In this document: positions 11,801 to 26,487 of the stretch, one piece after another
Numbering within the stretch: the first letter of the stretch is position 1
How the letters are laid out: each line of letters begins with the position of its first letter
The notes under the pieces: model-generated
Told to the model about the DNA's origin: nothing
The model's database searches: none
Seen by the model: only the letters and a program-made list of their open reading frames with translations
NCBI GenBank assembly: GCA_951406725.2
Contig: OX597818.1
Location: 138,260,001 to 138,324,000, forward strand
Reading direction: 5' to 3'
DNA: 64,000 nucleotides
From: Octopus vulgaris
Taxonomy: Eukaryota
Position numbers and translations under genes: made by a program

Positions 11801-12909
11801 CACGCACATAAATGAGTGTATGTATGTATGTATGTATGTATGTATGTATGTATGTATGTATGTATGTATGTTTGTATGTATGTATGTATGTATGTATGTA
11901 AGAAACACGTGTCGGACTGGAATCTAATGTGAATTTCATGAGAATAACACTGATAAACAAATTTGGAAGATGTATAATTCTCCATTCTTTTTTATGATGT
12001 GTATGTGATTGTGTGTGTGTGTGTGTGTGTGTAATTATGCGTGTGTGTGTGTGTAGTAAGGTGTTTGTTTTAGTGTGTGCATGTGTGCGTGTGTACGTGA
12101 GAGAAAGGGAGAGCGAGGAAGAGAGAGAGCGAGAGAGACAGATAAACAGACAGATAGAGGGAGGAGGAAGGTTAGAGAGAGACAAATATGCTATATGAAG
12201 TCTTACACTTTCGAAATGTTTTCTGTGTGTGTGTGTGTGTGTGCGTGTGTGTGTTTTATAACCTGTGTTTTTATTACGTGATAATTGTGTATTTGTATTA
12301 CTTTAGTTTTAGAAGTATTCTATATATGTTTATGTGACTGGATCTATGTGAGTACCAGAAAGAGAAAGAAAGAACAGAGTGAGAGAGAGAAGGAGAGAGA
12401 GGGAGAGAGAGTGAAGAGAGAGAGAGGAAGAATGGGTGCAATCATGTGACCTTTGACATCCTTCTTTGCATGTATATATGACTAGGAATTGTGTTGTTTA
12501 TGTATCTATTTCCATGCAAAATTGTATGTGTTTGTGGGTTTGTGTGCGTACGTGCGTGTGTGTGTATGTATGTGTGTATGCGCGTGGGTGTGTTGTGCGT
12601 GCGCCAGAGATTTAGTATGGGTTTTAGAAATAATTTTTGAGGAAACGTTCGAGCACGTTCTCACAGGGTGGTGCCGTGTTCAAGCCAAAACAGAGTTAGT
12701 ATATAGACCCAGTCATGCAGTCATTGTCATGTGGTGACCAGAGAAGAGAGAAATTGTAACAACGCATGCGTATGACAGCTACAAAGGAAACATTAAGTGT
12801 CAGTACGGTACAATAGGACGTGACATTAGACATGGACTGAGAGATTTGGGTTAACCAATTTGATATATTCATTAAAGACTATGGAAACAAAATGCTGTTA
12901 CGATTGTTT

Positions 12910-13305
12910 GGTTGTGTGGTAAGAAGCTTGCTTCTCAACCACACGGTTCCAGGTTCAGTTCCACTGCGTAGCACCTTGGGCAAGTGTTTTTTTCTATAGC
13001 CTCGTGCCGATCAAAGTTTTGTTAGAAGAGTTGGTAGACGGAAACTGGAAGGAGCCCGTTGTGTGTATATATATATACTGTATATATGTGTATGTATGTG
13101 TGTGTGTGTGTGTGTATGTCTGTGTGTTTGTACTTGTCTCCCACCAGCGATGTTGGTGTGTTTATGTCCCACCGTAACGTAGAGGTTCGGTAAAGAAACC
13201 GATAGGCTTTAAAAAACAAGTCATGGAATCGCTTTGTTCGACTAAAAAATCCTTCAAGGTTTTGCCCCCAGCATGGCCGCAGTCAAATGACTGAAATAAA
13301 TAAAA
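12910..13305 (+). mobile_element. SINE-C, diverged, near full length
   Basis: GTTGTGTGGTAAGAAGCTTGC...CCTTGGGCAAGTG...CCAGCATGGCCGCAGTCAAATGACTGAAA. Confidence 0.85.
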
Positions 13306-13481
13306 GGTAGAAGATATGCAAAATTTTAGAGGCTCACTTACTAATTCTGTCAGCCACTGCATTGATAATAATAATGATAATAATGATAATAATAATAATA
13401 ATAATTTAATGAATATGGTGGTGGTTATCGTCAGCGTCGGTGGTAGCGGCGGCGGTGGTCGTGACGATGATGATGATGATA

Positions 13482-13516
<35 letters not shown>

Positions 13517-13874
13517 CGTCAAGGTAGCCGCGGTGGTGGTGCTGATGGCGGCGGTGGCGGCAGTATTAACGGTGGTGTTGGTGGTGTTTGCAGTGGTGGT
13601 GGTGATAGTGATTGTTGTGTTGATGTTGATGATGATGATGAGGATGATGTTGATGATGATAAAGGTAAATATATGAAGTGGTGGGGGGGGGTGCAAGAAG
13701 CAGGATAGATAAAAAGAAAAATAAATATATGAGTAAAAGATCTGGGTCCTTCGAGAATATGTTGAGCATTTCGCCACGAAATTGACCTCTAAATGTCATA
13801 GGGTAAATTTAGCGGAGAGTTGAACAAATACATGAAAATGGAGAAGAAAAAGAAATGCCAAAAACAAACCGTAA

Positions 13875-13943
<69 letters not shown>

Positions 13944-14452
13944 TGTATGTATGTATGAATAAAACACTAACAACGATAACAACAGCCGGCGTATACACAG
14001 TGAAAGAGACATGTATGTACGTGAAGTTGTCTTGGCTGGCTGCCTAGTTGGAATGGAAATATGTGGAGATGCAGAGATGCAAAGATGCAGAAACGTGGAG
14101 ACGCACGATAGATAAGCGAGAGAATGGTTATCAGGTCAGATGTTGGGTAGGGTTATGGGCTTCCTTTACCGGCTTCCCTACCCTTTAAAAAAAATAAATA
14201 AAATAAAATAGAATGAAAAAAAAAATACGGTCGGGTAAAATACGCAAAATAAGTTTTAAAAGAAATATAGAAAGAAAAGAAGATGGAAGCTATGTCAATG
14301 TTTACAAGGGATTATGAAGTGGCAGCTCTGTTGTAATTATATAAACATTTCTAAGCATGTCTGCAAAGCAAGGATTGATCCTGGTTGGTCATTGGAAGTC
14401 ACATTTTGCTTTGTTTATCGGAACAGCAAACCAACGAGCGACCTCGACAGAG

Positions 14453-14491
<39 letters not shown>

Positions 14492-15093
14492 GACATGCCT
14501 GTGTGCACACGTACAGACGTACACGTACACACTCACACACGTACTCACATACAAGCATGCTTATACGTGAAATACACATTAGTAAATATACAAAAAAAAC
14601 GTCGTATTTGTATAAATACTAGATGTATGCATGCTTCTAATCATGTATATGTGTGTATAAATGTGTGTACATGTATTTATATATTCACATATATATGTAT
14701 GTATGTATAAATATATATTATATATCCTTCTCTTTCTGTCTCTTCCCCCCTCTCTCTCTCTTTCTCAGTGAAGCTACATTAGTTATTCGAGGACCACGAG
14801 TTTCGTGTAGAAATCTTACGAGACCAAAGTTATGCACTTATCTTCACTAATCTACATGTACACCCACATTCATTTATACATTCATACACACACACACATT
14901 TATATACACACATACACACATATACATATACACATACGTAAGAAACAAAAAGCTCGGATGATACATGCATGCTTACATATATGCATTCACACAGATACGT
15001 AACACACAACACATATATACGTACATACACACATGCATACATGCACACACGCAGATACACTCACATACATGCATGCATATACACATATACATA

Positions 15094-15262
15094 CAGCGCT
15101 GTCTTTAAGGCATGGGCGCTCTAAGCAGTTGCCCAGGGGCCTAGTGAGTCTAGGGACCCAGTTCTGATCTTTGTATGTTGTGGTTTGATTCAACAAATTG
15201 ATACTAGAGGGCTCAGTGTATTGATTAACCCGGGGGCCTATAATGCTGCTAAGACGGCCCTA
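15094..15262. mobile_element. hAT (Tip100-like) MITE within a (CATA)n tract
   Basis: Imperfect TIRs CAGCGCTGTCTT / AAGACGGCCCTA; 8-bp flanks TATACATA / CATACATA. Confidence 0.65.
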
Positions 15263-15560
15263 CATACATACATACATACATACATACATACATACATAGA
15301 TACATAAATACATACATACATACACACACATACAAACATACATACATACATACATACATACACACACATACAAACATACATACATACATACACACACATA
15401 CAAACATACATACATACATACATACATACATACATACATACATACATGCATACATACATACATACATACATACATACATACATACATGCATGCATGCATG
15501 CATACATACATACATACATACATACATACATACATACATACATACATACATACATACATA
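15262..15560. repeat. (CATA)n microsatellite
   Basis: Tetranucleotide repeat read directly. Confidence 0.95.
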
Positions 15561-16536
15561 ATGGTTGTCTACTCATTAGACGAGCTTTACTATCGTCGAC
15601 AAATGTTAGTGATGCTCTTGCAAGGGTTTTAAACAGGGTACGGCTAGCACAACACCACAAAGACACGCACTAGCAATATTAAGAAGCCCAGAGGCAAACA
15701 AAGTTCAGTTGAGCAGCAGGTTTTGTGTACGAATTAGCCTTCTAGAATAAGGATCGGCGAACCGGGGTAAATTAGCTTAAGTGGAGTAAAAATGAAGTTC
15801 TTGGGAGTAATGGGTACTCGTTAGGCATAAGTAACATTATATTTTTTAAAAAAACGTGCTCCTTGTTACATCAGAAAGTTTTCTTCTGGCAACACAGCAT
15901 CTGTCCAATGTAATGGATGTTTGAGGAGACGGCACGCCATTTTGAACTACAAATAATTTGGTTGCTAAGGTGTTGTCAAGTGACTTAGCAGATATTATTT
16001 GTCAGTTGTCTATTATTCGCCTTAACCTTATTTTTTTGACACGTGTTTTTGTTTTGTTTAAGTTTATTTAAGTAGTTATTCAATTCAACCCTTCAGCAAA
16101 ATTGATTGGACCTCGAAAACTGTATCCAAATTGTTCTGGCATAGATGCCCCAATTCTAATGTAATTGGAACAAAAAGGAAACATCATTTTTCCAAAACCT
16201 GAAGTGAAAAAGTTTACAGAAAAATCCTTTTGTTTCATAATGAGGATATTAATTTATTTTATCGCATTTGTTTTATACTTTTATATTTATAATTGTATTC
16301 TCCATATAAATAGATTCAATAAACCTTTTGAATTCAAAGAATCTATGATTTTCTTCTTTTCAAAGCAAAGGGGTAACGTCGGAGTGAATAAATATGTTTT
16401 GGAGTAATTAGTTAAAAAAGTTCCCCGACCCCTGTCCTAGAAGAATGCCTTGACAAAGATCAAGAGTCCCTCATTCCCAGTGAGCTTGCTGTGCCTTCCT
16501 TCGAACACTAACCCAGTATGTCTACGCCCCGGCGTA

Positions 16537-16790
16537 TGGGCAAGTGTCTTCTACTATAGCCTCGGGCCGACCAAAGCCTTGTGAGTGGATTTGGTAGACG
16601 GAAACTGAAAGAAGCCCGTCGTATATATGTATATATATGTTTGTGTGTCTGTGTTTGTCCTCCCAACATCGCTTGACAACCTATACTGGTGTGTTTACGT
16701 CCCCGTAACTTAGCGGTTCGGCAAAAGAGACCGATAGAATAAGTACTAGGCTTACAAAGAATAAGTCCTGGGGTCGATTTGCTCGACTAA
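16537..16790 (+). mobile_element. SINE-C, 5'- and 3'-truncated
   Basis: GGGCAAGTGTCTTCTACTATAGCC...GGGGTCGATTTGCTCGACTAAA. Confidence 0.85.
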
Positions 16791-17354
16791 AAACTTAGAA
16801 ATGTTTGGTTACATGAAGTAAGAGCAAAAGAAACTGACGCGTATTTTCCAAATCCAATCTATTAGTGGCACAGTGAAGATTTGTAAAACATTCCAAAGAT
16901 CCTCCATCTGAGATTTTTATGTGAAAGATGCACACACTTGGGTGTATGCATCAACAGTTCAACCAACACACCAACTCAACCACATATTTACAAACACCGG
17001 GAACTCCCTCAACTCAAAACGTCTTGTACTCAAAGAAAAATTATACATACATGCATATATGCATTCATACATACATACATTCAGATATGATCTGCTAAAC
17101 AACAACATACCAGCAATGCTAGATACATCGACCAAAAACTCCTAATCAAAGGTGCAGACATCTTAGGGATGAACTCCTTAACAGGTACTCTTATGACACT
17201 CCAGAATGATTGGTCTAGCGTACTTCAATAAGGACTGAGAAGAGAAATACTCTGCATATCACATATCGAATGTTCTGTTTTTGATACCTAGAAGCAGGTG
17301 GTAGCTAGAAAATACGTAATGCTCCAGGAGGTATCTGTAAAATGCCTAATGAAA

Positions 17355-17600
17355 AAAGTAACAGTGCGGAAGTCAGATATATACACTCAAAATTTCATTA
17401 CCCTCAACTACTGAAATAAGTTATTATATACCAATCTATCTTTTGTTGATGAATCTTATGTTTGTAGTTATTTACTATTGAAGCATGTCAAGTTTACTGA
17501 GGCGACGTAACTTGCAAAAAATACCACGTCTATTTGTAGGTAAATATTTAACACCATTACTGCAATGACCATAAAATTTAATTTCGGGGTTAAAGGGTTA
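17355..17600 (+). mobile_element. piggyBac-like MITE fragment related to 4284-4430
   Basis: Shared core sequence; ends AAAGGG-TTAA. Confidence 0.45.
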
Positions 17601-17627
17601 AACTTCCCATAATGTAACCCTAAACAC

Positions 17628-17844
17628 TGGTTTCAAATTTTGGCCCAAGGCCAGCAAGTTCGGGGGAAGTCGCAAGCCGATTACATCGACTCCATTACGT
17701 AACTGGTATTTATTTTATCGACTCCGAAAGGATGAAAGGCAAAGTCAACCTCAGTGGAATTTGAACTCAAGAACATAAAGACTGACAAAATGCCGCTAAG
17801 TATTTTGTCTGGCATGCTAACGGTTCTGCCAGCTCACCGCCTAA

Positions 17845-17932
<88 letters not shown>

Positions 17933-18120
17933 TGTTTTCAAATTTTGGCACAAGGCCAGCAAGTTCTGAGGAAAGGGCAAATCGACTGCATCGTTCTCTG
18001 TACTCAACTGGTACTTATTTATTGACCCTGAAAGGGATGAAAAATGAAATCAGAACGTAAAGACGGACGAAACGCTGCTAAGTATTTTGCCCGGTGCAGT
18101 AACGATTCTGCCAGCTCGCC
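17628..18120 (-). mobile_element. Two SINE-M copies separated by (AAT)n
   Basis: Two GGTTTCAAATTTTGGC..AAGGCCAGCAA tails and two CTGCCAGCTC heads. Confidence 0.85.
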
Positions 18121-18233
18121 AAGTTATGTAACCTAAATATTGATAAAGCCTGATTTCTGTGAAAGATATTATATAATGTGATCGGCACCTGACCAAAGAT
18201 TTTAGCAAGATGTTACCCTCCAATGTGGTAGGA

Positions 18234-18616
18234 TACGAAGTGATATCAAAAAGATGTTACTCGGCACACTGCCTCATGAAGGTCACTGTTAGCTATCACT
18301 GTGCACGCAACCGTGTGCTGCCATCTGTAGGCGTGCTACATAACTAGTCGGGGAACTTTTTGATACCTATTTCTTTACTACCCACAGGGGCTAAACATAG
18401 AAGGGACAAACAAGGACAGACATAGGTATTAAGTCGATTATATCTAACTCAGTGTGTAACTGGTACTTATTTAATCGACCCCGAAAGGATGAAAGGCAAA
18501 GTCGACCTCGGCGGAATTTGAACTCAGAACGTAACGGCAGACGAAAATCCGCTAAGCATTTCGCCCGGCGTGCTAACGTTTCTGCCAGCTCGCCACCTTT
18601 TTGATACCACTTCGTG
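18234..18616. mobile_element. Mariner-type MITE interrupted in its right TIR by a minus-strand SINE-M (18368-18599)
   Basis: TIRs CGAAGTGATATCAAAAAG / CTTTTTGATACCACTTCG; SINE TSD CTTTTTGATACC at 18356-18367 and 18597-18608. Confidence 0.82.
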
Positions 18617-18879
18617 AAGTGCTAGCCACAGGAAAGAATTGACTGGTGGGTTAATATAGGAAGTATTTCTATTGCTGAAGACAACAACCCAAAGAATATT
18701 GGTGGAATATTTCCATCAAAATTTCCTTCAAATGTTGAAACTCCAACATAATTGTTCCAGAAAGTAAGAAATAAGAATCTTGTCCGGATAGAAAGTGTAG
18801 CTTTCTTTATTAGGAGAATTCAAATAATTGAAATAGAAAGATAGCACATACAGACATACAAATAGGCATAAATACACAA

Positions 18880-20030
18880 ATACATGTGTATGCATGAATA
18901 TATGTATGTGTGTGTATATATGTATCTGTGTGTGTGCGTGCGTGCATGCATATATATATATATGCATACATATATATATATATATATATGTACATATATA
19001 TATATTTATACACACACATATATATACACACATACATGCATACGCACATACATGCATACACACATGCGTTCTCTGCGTACACTACGTACATTTATACATG
19101 CATGCATACCTATATACACACATATGTATACACACAAGCACACACATACATGCACGCTCACATACACTTAGGCATATATACATACAAACATGCATACAAG
19201 CATATATACATACATAAGTACATAAATACATACATACACACAAACATAAGTACATACATGTATACGAACATACATACATGCAATCATACATACATACATA
19301 CATACCTACATACATGCATGCATGCATACATACATACATACATACATACATACATACATACATACATGCATACATACATATATACATACATACATACATA
19401 AATACATGCATGCATACAAGCATACATGTATGCATACATGCATACATACATACATACATACATACATACATACATACATACATACATACATGCATACATA
19501 CATACATACATACATACATGCATGCATACATACATACATACACACATACATACATATATACATACATACATACATACATGCATGCATACAAGCATACATG
19601 TATGCATGCATGCATACATACATACATACATACATGCGTACATACATGTATACGAACATACATACATACATGCATGCATGCATACATACATACATGCATA
19701 CATACATACATACATACATACATACATACATACATACATACATACAAACATAAATACATACATACATACATACATACATACATACATACATACATACATA
19801 CATACATACATACATACATACATACATACACACATACATACATGCGTACATACATGTATACGAACATACATACATACATGCATGCATGCATACATACATA
19901 CATACATACATACATACATACATACATACATACATACATACATACATACATACATACATACAAACATAAATACATACATACATACATACATACACACATA
20001 CTTACACACATACATACATACATACATAAG
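18880..20030. repeat. Compound (CATA)n/(CATG)n microsatellite with higher-order units
   Basis: TACATACATGTATACGAACATAC recurs at ~19251, 19639 and 19847. Confidence 0.9.
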
Positions 20031-20454
20031 CTTGTACGTACGCAGCTATTTCAATGTCTCCACAAAATAAGATGTCCATCACGACTGCTTCCGCAGTACG
20101 GCAATAATAGGAGTAATCCTGATAGTGTCGGCGACGGCGGCGGCAGGGGCGGTGGCGGGGGAGGTTCAGTGGTGGCAGTGATGGCAATGATGATGATGAT
20201 GATGATGATGGAGATTTAATATGTCTCTGTTTGCCTCCCTTACTATATCTCTTACCTTCTTCATTGCCCTTGGCTCTCACATTTCGGTAGTGTTTTTCTG
20301 AAATAGAGAGGAGGGGATTGTTTAGGGGGTTGTTTTTTTGGGGGGTTTTTTTTTGCTATTTGTTCTCTTTTTGTTTTATTGTAAGATGTTTTTTTTTTCT
20401 TTGGTTCTTCCTGTCAGCGCGACTTTGCCCACACTTCCGCTATACATTTCTGTA

Positions 20455-20521
<67 letters not shown>

Positions 20522-20557
20522 AAACACACACACAAACACGCAGATATGTAAATACAA

Positions 20558-20610
<53 letters not shown>

Positions 20611-20620
20611 TGGATGGATG

Positions 20621-20688
<68 letters not shown>

Positions 20689-20830
20689 TGTGGATACGAA
20701 CGCCTACACATACAAAAAATGCGTATTAAGCCAACATACTTAGAGAAACACGTTATATATAGTGCAAAAGAGTAAATCTTAGATAGGTAATAGGAGAGAG
20801 AGAGAGAGACAGAGAGAGACAGAGAGAGAG

Positions 20831-20864
<34 letters not shown>

Positions 20865-21306
20865 ACAGACAGACAGTTTGGAAGTGAAAGAAGGAAGTTT
20901 AGACAAGCTAAAACAAGCCGTATCATCAATACTGCCCCAATAATTACGCAGGTTCAAATAACACACTAGGATGCTAACCTACATTCGATAAGATTTTTAT
21001 GTTTTGTTGGTCTTTTTTTTATTCTGTACATTTGTCCTGAGTTTTTTTTTTTTTTTCTTTGTCCGACTTAGAAAATTATATATATATGTGTGTGTGTGTG
21101 TGTATGTATATATATTTATACACGCATACATAATTCATATACTGACTTATACACGCACACACAGGCGCACATGCTTATATGCATACACACAACTCATTCA
21201 CAGGCATACACACACACTTGTATACACAATGTTATCAACATAAACACAAAACATATCTACAGATATATACGTATACAGACAAGAATAATCATATATATGT
21301 ATATGC

Positions 21307-21368
<62 letters not shown>

Positions 21369-21456
21369 CTGTATAGAGAAAGAGAGAGAGAGAAACTCAC
21401 ACACTCACACACAAGGATGTATGCTTGTGTGTGAGTGCGTGTGAGTCACATGCATA

Positions 21457-21488
<32 letters not shown>

Positions 21489-21575
21489 AATGTATGTGTG
21501 TGTGTGTGTCTATATTTGTAGAGAGAGAGAGATACACACACACATACACACAAGGATACATACATAAGTATATAC

Positions 21576-21631
<56 letters not shown>

Positions 21632-21708
21632 GTATGTATGTATATATATATGTGTGTGTGTGAGTGGTAGATAGTCTGTGTGTGTGTAGTTGTATATTAT
21701 TAACACTG

Positions 21709-21816
21709 TCACGTCACCAAGAATTGTGATTTTTGGTGGGTTTGTTTGTTTGTTTTTCCCCTCATGGCATATTTCTATCAATAACGACCGTCTTGTGAGG
21801 TCCCAACGAGAACAGC

Positions 21817-21847
<31 letters not shown>

Positions 21848-21974
21848 CTTCTGTTTGTTTATTTTTGTGTTTTTTTTTTTATCCATTTCTTCCAGTTTCA
21901 GCTCTTTTTCATTTCCTTTTGTTTTTGTTGGTTGCTAACTTTTTTACGTCATGTCCCAAAACGATGACGTCATC
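21709..21974. promoter_or_regulatory. Cluster of CRE/ATF-type sites
   Basis: 12-bp palindrome GATGACGTCATC (21963-21974), TTACGTCA (21944-21951), half-site CGTCA (21712-21716). Confidence 0.3.
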
Positions 21975-22094
21975 ACAAACATTTCTGAATACCACACGCG
22001 CACGCGCTGTTGTAGAAAGTGCATACTAACACATACAGAACTACCACCATCACCCCCCCCACACACACACACTCATACATACATCCACACACAC

Positions 22095-22125
<31 letters not shown>

Positions 22126-22924
22126 CATACATACACACATACATACATACATACATACACACATACATACATACATACATACATACATACACACATACAT
22201 ACATACACACACACATACACACATACATACATACATACATACATACATACATACATACATACACACACATACATACACACATACATACACACATACATAC
22301 ATACATACATACATACATACATACATACATACACACATACATACATACATACATACATACATACATACATACATACATGCATACATGCATGCATGCATGC
22401 ATACATACATGCATGCATACATACATACATACATACATTCACACACACACACACACATACATACATACATACATACATACATACATACATACATACACAC
22501 CCACACACTTACATACTTATTCGAATATTGACCCACCAAAATGCAAATCCTTCGTTTTAATGGTTGGAATGCCTTTGATCATAGTCCTGTTCGAAAAGTA
22601 CTGACTCGGGGCTAAATAATTATGGCATTAGCCAAATTTCCTTCACAAAGCTTGGGTTTACTCAAGGTTGTAATAAAATAATCACTGGTCATTTTGCCAG
22701 TCTGTATGCACACACATACACACATACACACACAAACACACACATACACACATACACACACATACACACATACACACACAAACACACACATACACACACA
22801 TACACACACAAACACACACGTACTCACATCCACATCTACTGAGAATTTATGTAGATGGAAGAAGATAAGTGAGGAAAATTTTAAATTTGAATAAGTCAGG
22901 ATATTCAAGAAGGTTACAATTGTT

Positions 22925-23380
22925 GTCTATTTTACCGGTCATAGTGTACATTTAAAAAATTTTACAGATGCTTCTTAAGTGGGTGGCATTTAATGAAGAG
23001 TTCTGATCTCATATTTAGATAATTCAAGAAATTATGTTTTTTTTGTTTTTTGTTTATTTTTGTTTTGTTTTGTTTTGATTTGTTTTGTTTTTTTCCAGCT
23101 GTAATAAGTGTCAACCTCTTTTAAAATCTGTATGTGAGAAGAAATATTAGTGGAATGTAAGAAAATATTGTGAAGGATATTTTGAAAAGTATCACGTAAA
23201 TTGAAACACTAAAGAATACAATGTTTAGAACAATTTTTTGGAGAGAATATGTACTAGTTCAATAGTAGTCTATTTTACAGATCATCGTGTACATTTCAAG
23301 AATTGTAACAGGTACTTGTTAAGCGGGTGGCATTTAAGGATGAGTTCTGATCTTGTATTTAGATAATATAAGAAATTGTT
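22925..23380. repeat. Diverged ~110-bp direct repeat, period ~343 bp
   Basis: GTCTATTTTAC...GGGTGGCATTTAA..GAGTTCTGATCT..TATTTAGATAAT..AAGAAATT at ~22925 and ~23268. Confidence 0.7.
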
Positions 23381-23864
23381 ATTCAATATTAGTTTCTTTT
23401 CAACTATTATCAGCATCGTGCTTTTTTAAATTGCTTTTACTCTGTTTTTGTTGAATAGTTTTATGTGGCGGTAGTTAATTACAAAATACTTATTGATTAT
23501 GACGAGGAAATTTTGAACAATATTTGACTTAGAGTAAGGAAAAAGGTGTCAATTCATAGTATTGGAAATTATGGGTTTTGGGTCGCAATTAATCCTGTTT
23601 ATGAAGCTACTCGCTACTAAAGCATTATTATAATAAGGGGCCGCCTCATCGGTGATTTCTTTGACGAGAGATTAGAGAAACTCCCACTACATTCACAAAT
23701 TCAGCTTCTAAACACTGAGATTGCAGGGGGTTATCTTACTATGTTACGTTTTTATTTGGCTTACAATCAATTTTGTATTTCATGTATAATTAAATTTATG
23801 GTGGAATCTAAGACATTTACAACGCTAAAGTTTGTATGAATGGGTAAAGATGTTTAGCCACATC

Positions 23865-25060
23865 CGGTAACGACCACTTTAATGCCGATGATACATTACT
23901 TCAATGTCCCTTAACCTTCTTCAACCACATGTGTCAACCACATGCATTATAGATGCCATATGTCAAATCTGCACTGATTCCATCAACGGAAATCTCAAGA
24001 ACACCCTCCAATGAAGTCACGCACATCTTGTCTATTTTAACAGCACAACAATACTTAAATACTACTCATAACAAGCAAGCAACATCGCACCAGGCACTTC
24101 TAAACATGTCCAACTCTCAGTAAGTGCCATCAAAGTCGCTCCAATGTTGAAGTTTCACTATTACTTTGGGTATTTCCTGGCAAAAGCTCATCCTTAAGTC
24201 ATGTTAAGGATGCTCGGGTCATTCTCTTCAGAACGGGAAAAATATTTCATTCCTCAACAATTACTGTTACCCTACAAAGTTCAGATGAGACCAACATGTG
24301 GGATGGTATTCTTGCTATATATAAAAAAAAAACATCCTGGATTTCATCCAGGGAAGGGTCACTCGACTGACTGGCATAAAATTCTTTTCTACTCTAGGAA
24401 CAAGGCTCGAAATTTGGGAGTGGGGATAGTCGATTAGATCGACGCCAGTACGCAACTGGTACTTAATTGATCGACCCCCGAAAGCGATGAAAGCAAAGTC
24501 GACCTTGGTAGTATTTGAACTCAGAACGTAAAGACGGACAAAATGCCGCTAAGCAGTTTGTCCAGCGTGCTAACGTTTCTTATTTTTTTATTTCCCACAA
24601 GGGGGCTAAACATAGAGGGGACAAACAAGGAAAGACAAAGGGATTAAGTCGATTACATCGACTCCAGTGCGTAACTGGTACTTAATTTATCGACCCTGAA
24701 AGGATGAAAGGCAAAGTCGACCTCGGTGGAATTTGAACTCAGAACGTAACGACAGACGAAATACTGCCAAGCATTTCGCCCGGCGTGCTAACGTTTCTGC
24801 CAGCTCGCCGCCTTACTGGCATGAAATTACTGACAAACAAGTGTGCTACTTCCACTCTGGCTTTTCTGTCACTACTTGAATGGCATCTGTTCCTGCGATG
24901 CCATCTGGCTGGTCTTGCATCTCTTCAGTTCAGGCACTCGCCTTTTTACTTCTCGTCATTATTATTATTCCCAACCCCTCGCACTGATCTTCCTGCAACG
25001 AGCTTGCCAAGGACCTGCGAAGGCTATGGGCAGTGTTCTTTCTTCCAGATTTAGTAAGTA
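23865..25060 (+). mobile_element. Decayed CR1/Jockey-group LINE ORF2 (RT C-terminal half), split by a SINE-M dimer
   Basis: HFNADDTLL (YADD-like) at ~23875; YFIPQQLLLPYKVQMRPT; ..TSTLAF..; ..PTPRT..; many stops and frameshifts. Confidence 0.7.
24384..24814 (-). mobile_element. SINE-M dimer (tail-B then tail-A) with 14-bp TSD
   Basis: ACTGGCATAAAATT (24370-24383) / ACTGGCATGAAATT (24815-24828). Confidence 0.88.
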
Positions 25061-25297
25061 AAAGCTTGTTTTCAACTGGCTGCCCATAGTCATTTTGTTG
25101 TATGGCCAGTTCATCTCTGTATTTTAGTTAAATTTCTAATTTAGCGTGTTTGGCATATATATATATATATATATATACATATAGCAGTATTTCGCCTGTC
25201 TTCTGAGTTCTGAGTTCAAATTCCACCGAGGTCGACTTTGCCTTTCATCCTTTTCGGGATCGATAAATTAAGTACCAGTTACGCACTGGGGTCGATG

Positions 25298-25364
<67 letters not shown>

Positions 25365-26007
25365 CCGATGGGATTGTATATCTTTGCTGTATCAAACATT
25401 TTCGTACTGATATCGTATAAACCTGTGGAATATGATGTTTTACTCGCGCTAATGTTTATCGATAGAGACATTTATTGAAGCAATACTCATAACATAGCCC
25501 AAAATTAAAACAAACAGAGAAACATCATATACTTGCCACAAGCGAAAATATATAACTGATTGGTTATAAATCTGACTGTGAGAGTTGAAATTCCATCACT
25601 AATATCTTTACTAATCGCATTGGCTATATCTTTAGTAAAGAAGAAAAACAAATGACGTAGTCCCTTCATTCCCAACACGTGACTATAAAGCCCTAAGAAC
25701 GTTGATAAGTGATTTAGAAACGTCTATGTTTCATCAGCTCTCTACAGCGGCTCCCAGAAAGGCATTTGTTATTGAGAAGACAGGCTACATTCGTACGGAT
25801 GCTGATTTAAAGTGTGTCAAACTGTTTTCTTATGGTTTACAGTCTAAGCTATATGCTAACACAAATGTAACTAACTTTAACAGTATTCTTATCAAAAAAC
25901 TGTATTCTTGTTAAAAAATTTACATGAACCAAAATGAATTATTATATTCAGCAATAATATTAACTCTATTTTGCACTACTTCTTAGAATATGTGTGTGCG
26001 TATATGT

Positions 26008-26081
<74 letters not shown>

Positions 26082-26105
26082 TGTATAAATGTATGTATAT
26101 GTGTA

Positions 26106-26137
<32 letters not shown>

Positions 26138-26441
26138 CACATATACATATATGTATGCATATATATATGTATATATATATATATGTATATATATATGCAC
26201 ATATATGAATATGTATAAATATATATATATGTATAGATATACATGTACACACACACACATATATATATATATGCATATATATACATACACAGATGTATAT
26301 ATTTACGTGTTAATAAGAAAACATCATTACATAATATGCATAAAGACAGACAGACAGCTAGATAGATAAATACATACTTACATACATATATAGACAGATA
26401 AAGTGAATGCATCTACTTATATATCAGTATGACTATATATC

Positions 26442-26487
<46 letters not shown>

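Noticed and set aside
13316-13708. Asp/Gly/Asn-rich 130-aa ORF, and the Thr-rich ORF at 31548-31979
   Set aside because: Mixed trinucleotide repeats open in several frames; no splice or domain evidence.
14145-14183. GGGTAGGG...CCCTACCC stem followed by an A-run (terminator-like)
   Set aside because: Only 8 bp with a large loop; intrinsic terminators are irrelevant in this eukaryotic context.
16921-17145. Possible LINE C-terminal remnant (QPTHQLNH)
   Set aside because: Similarity too weak to assign without a search.
19082-20219. Long ORFs (up to 313 aa) of MYVC/HTYI type, also at 22 kb, 27 kb, 39.6 kb and 56 kb
   Set aside because: Translations of (CATA)n/(GATA)n microsatellites that lack stop codons in some frames; open on both strands, no domain.
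25715-25742. Minus-strand CTGATGA plus a short stem (also 3326 and 31651)
   Set aside because: No GAAA core or stems I/III; 31651 is microsatellite.
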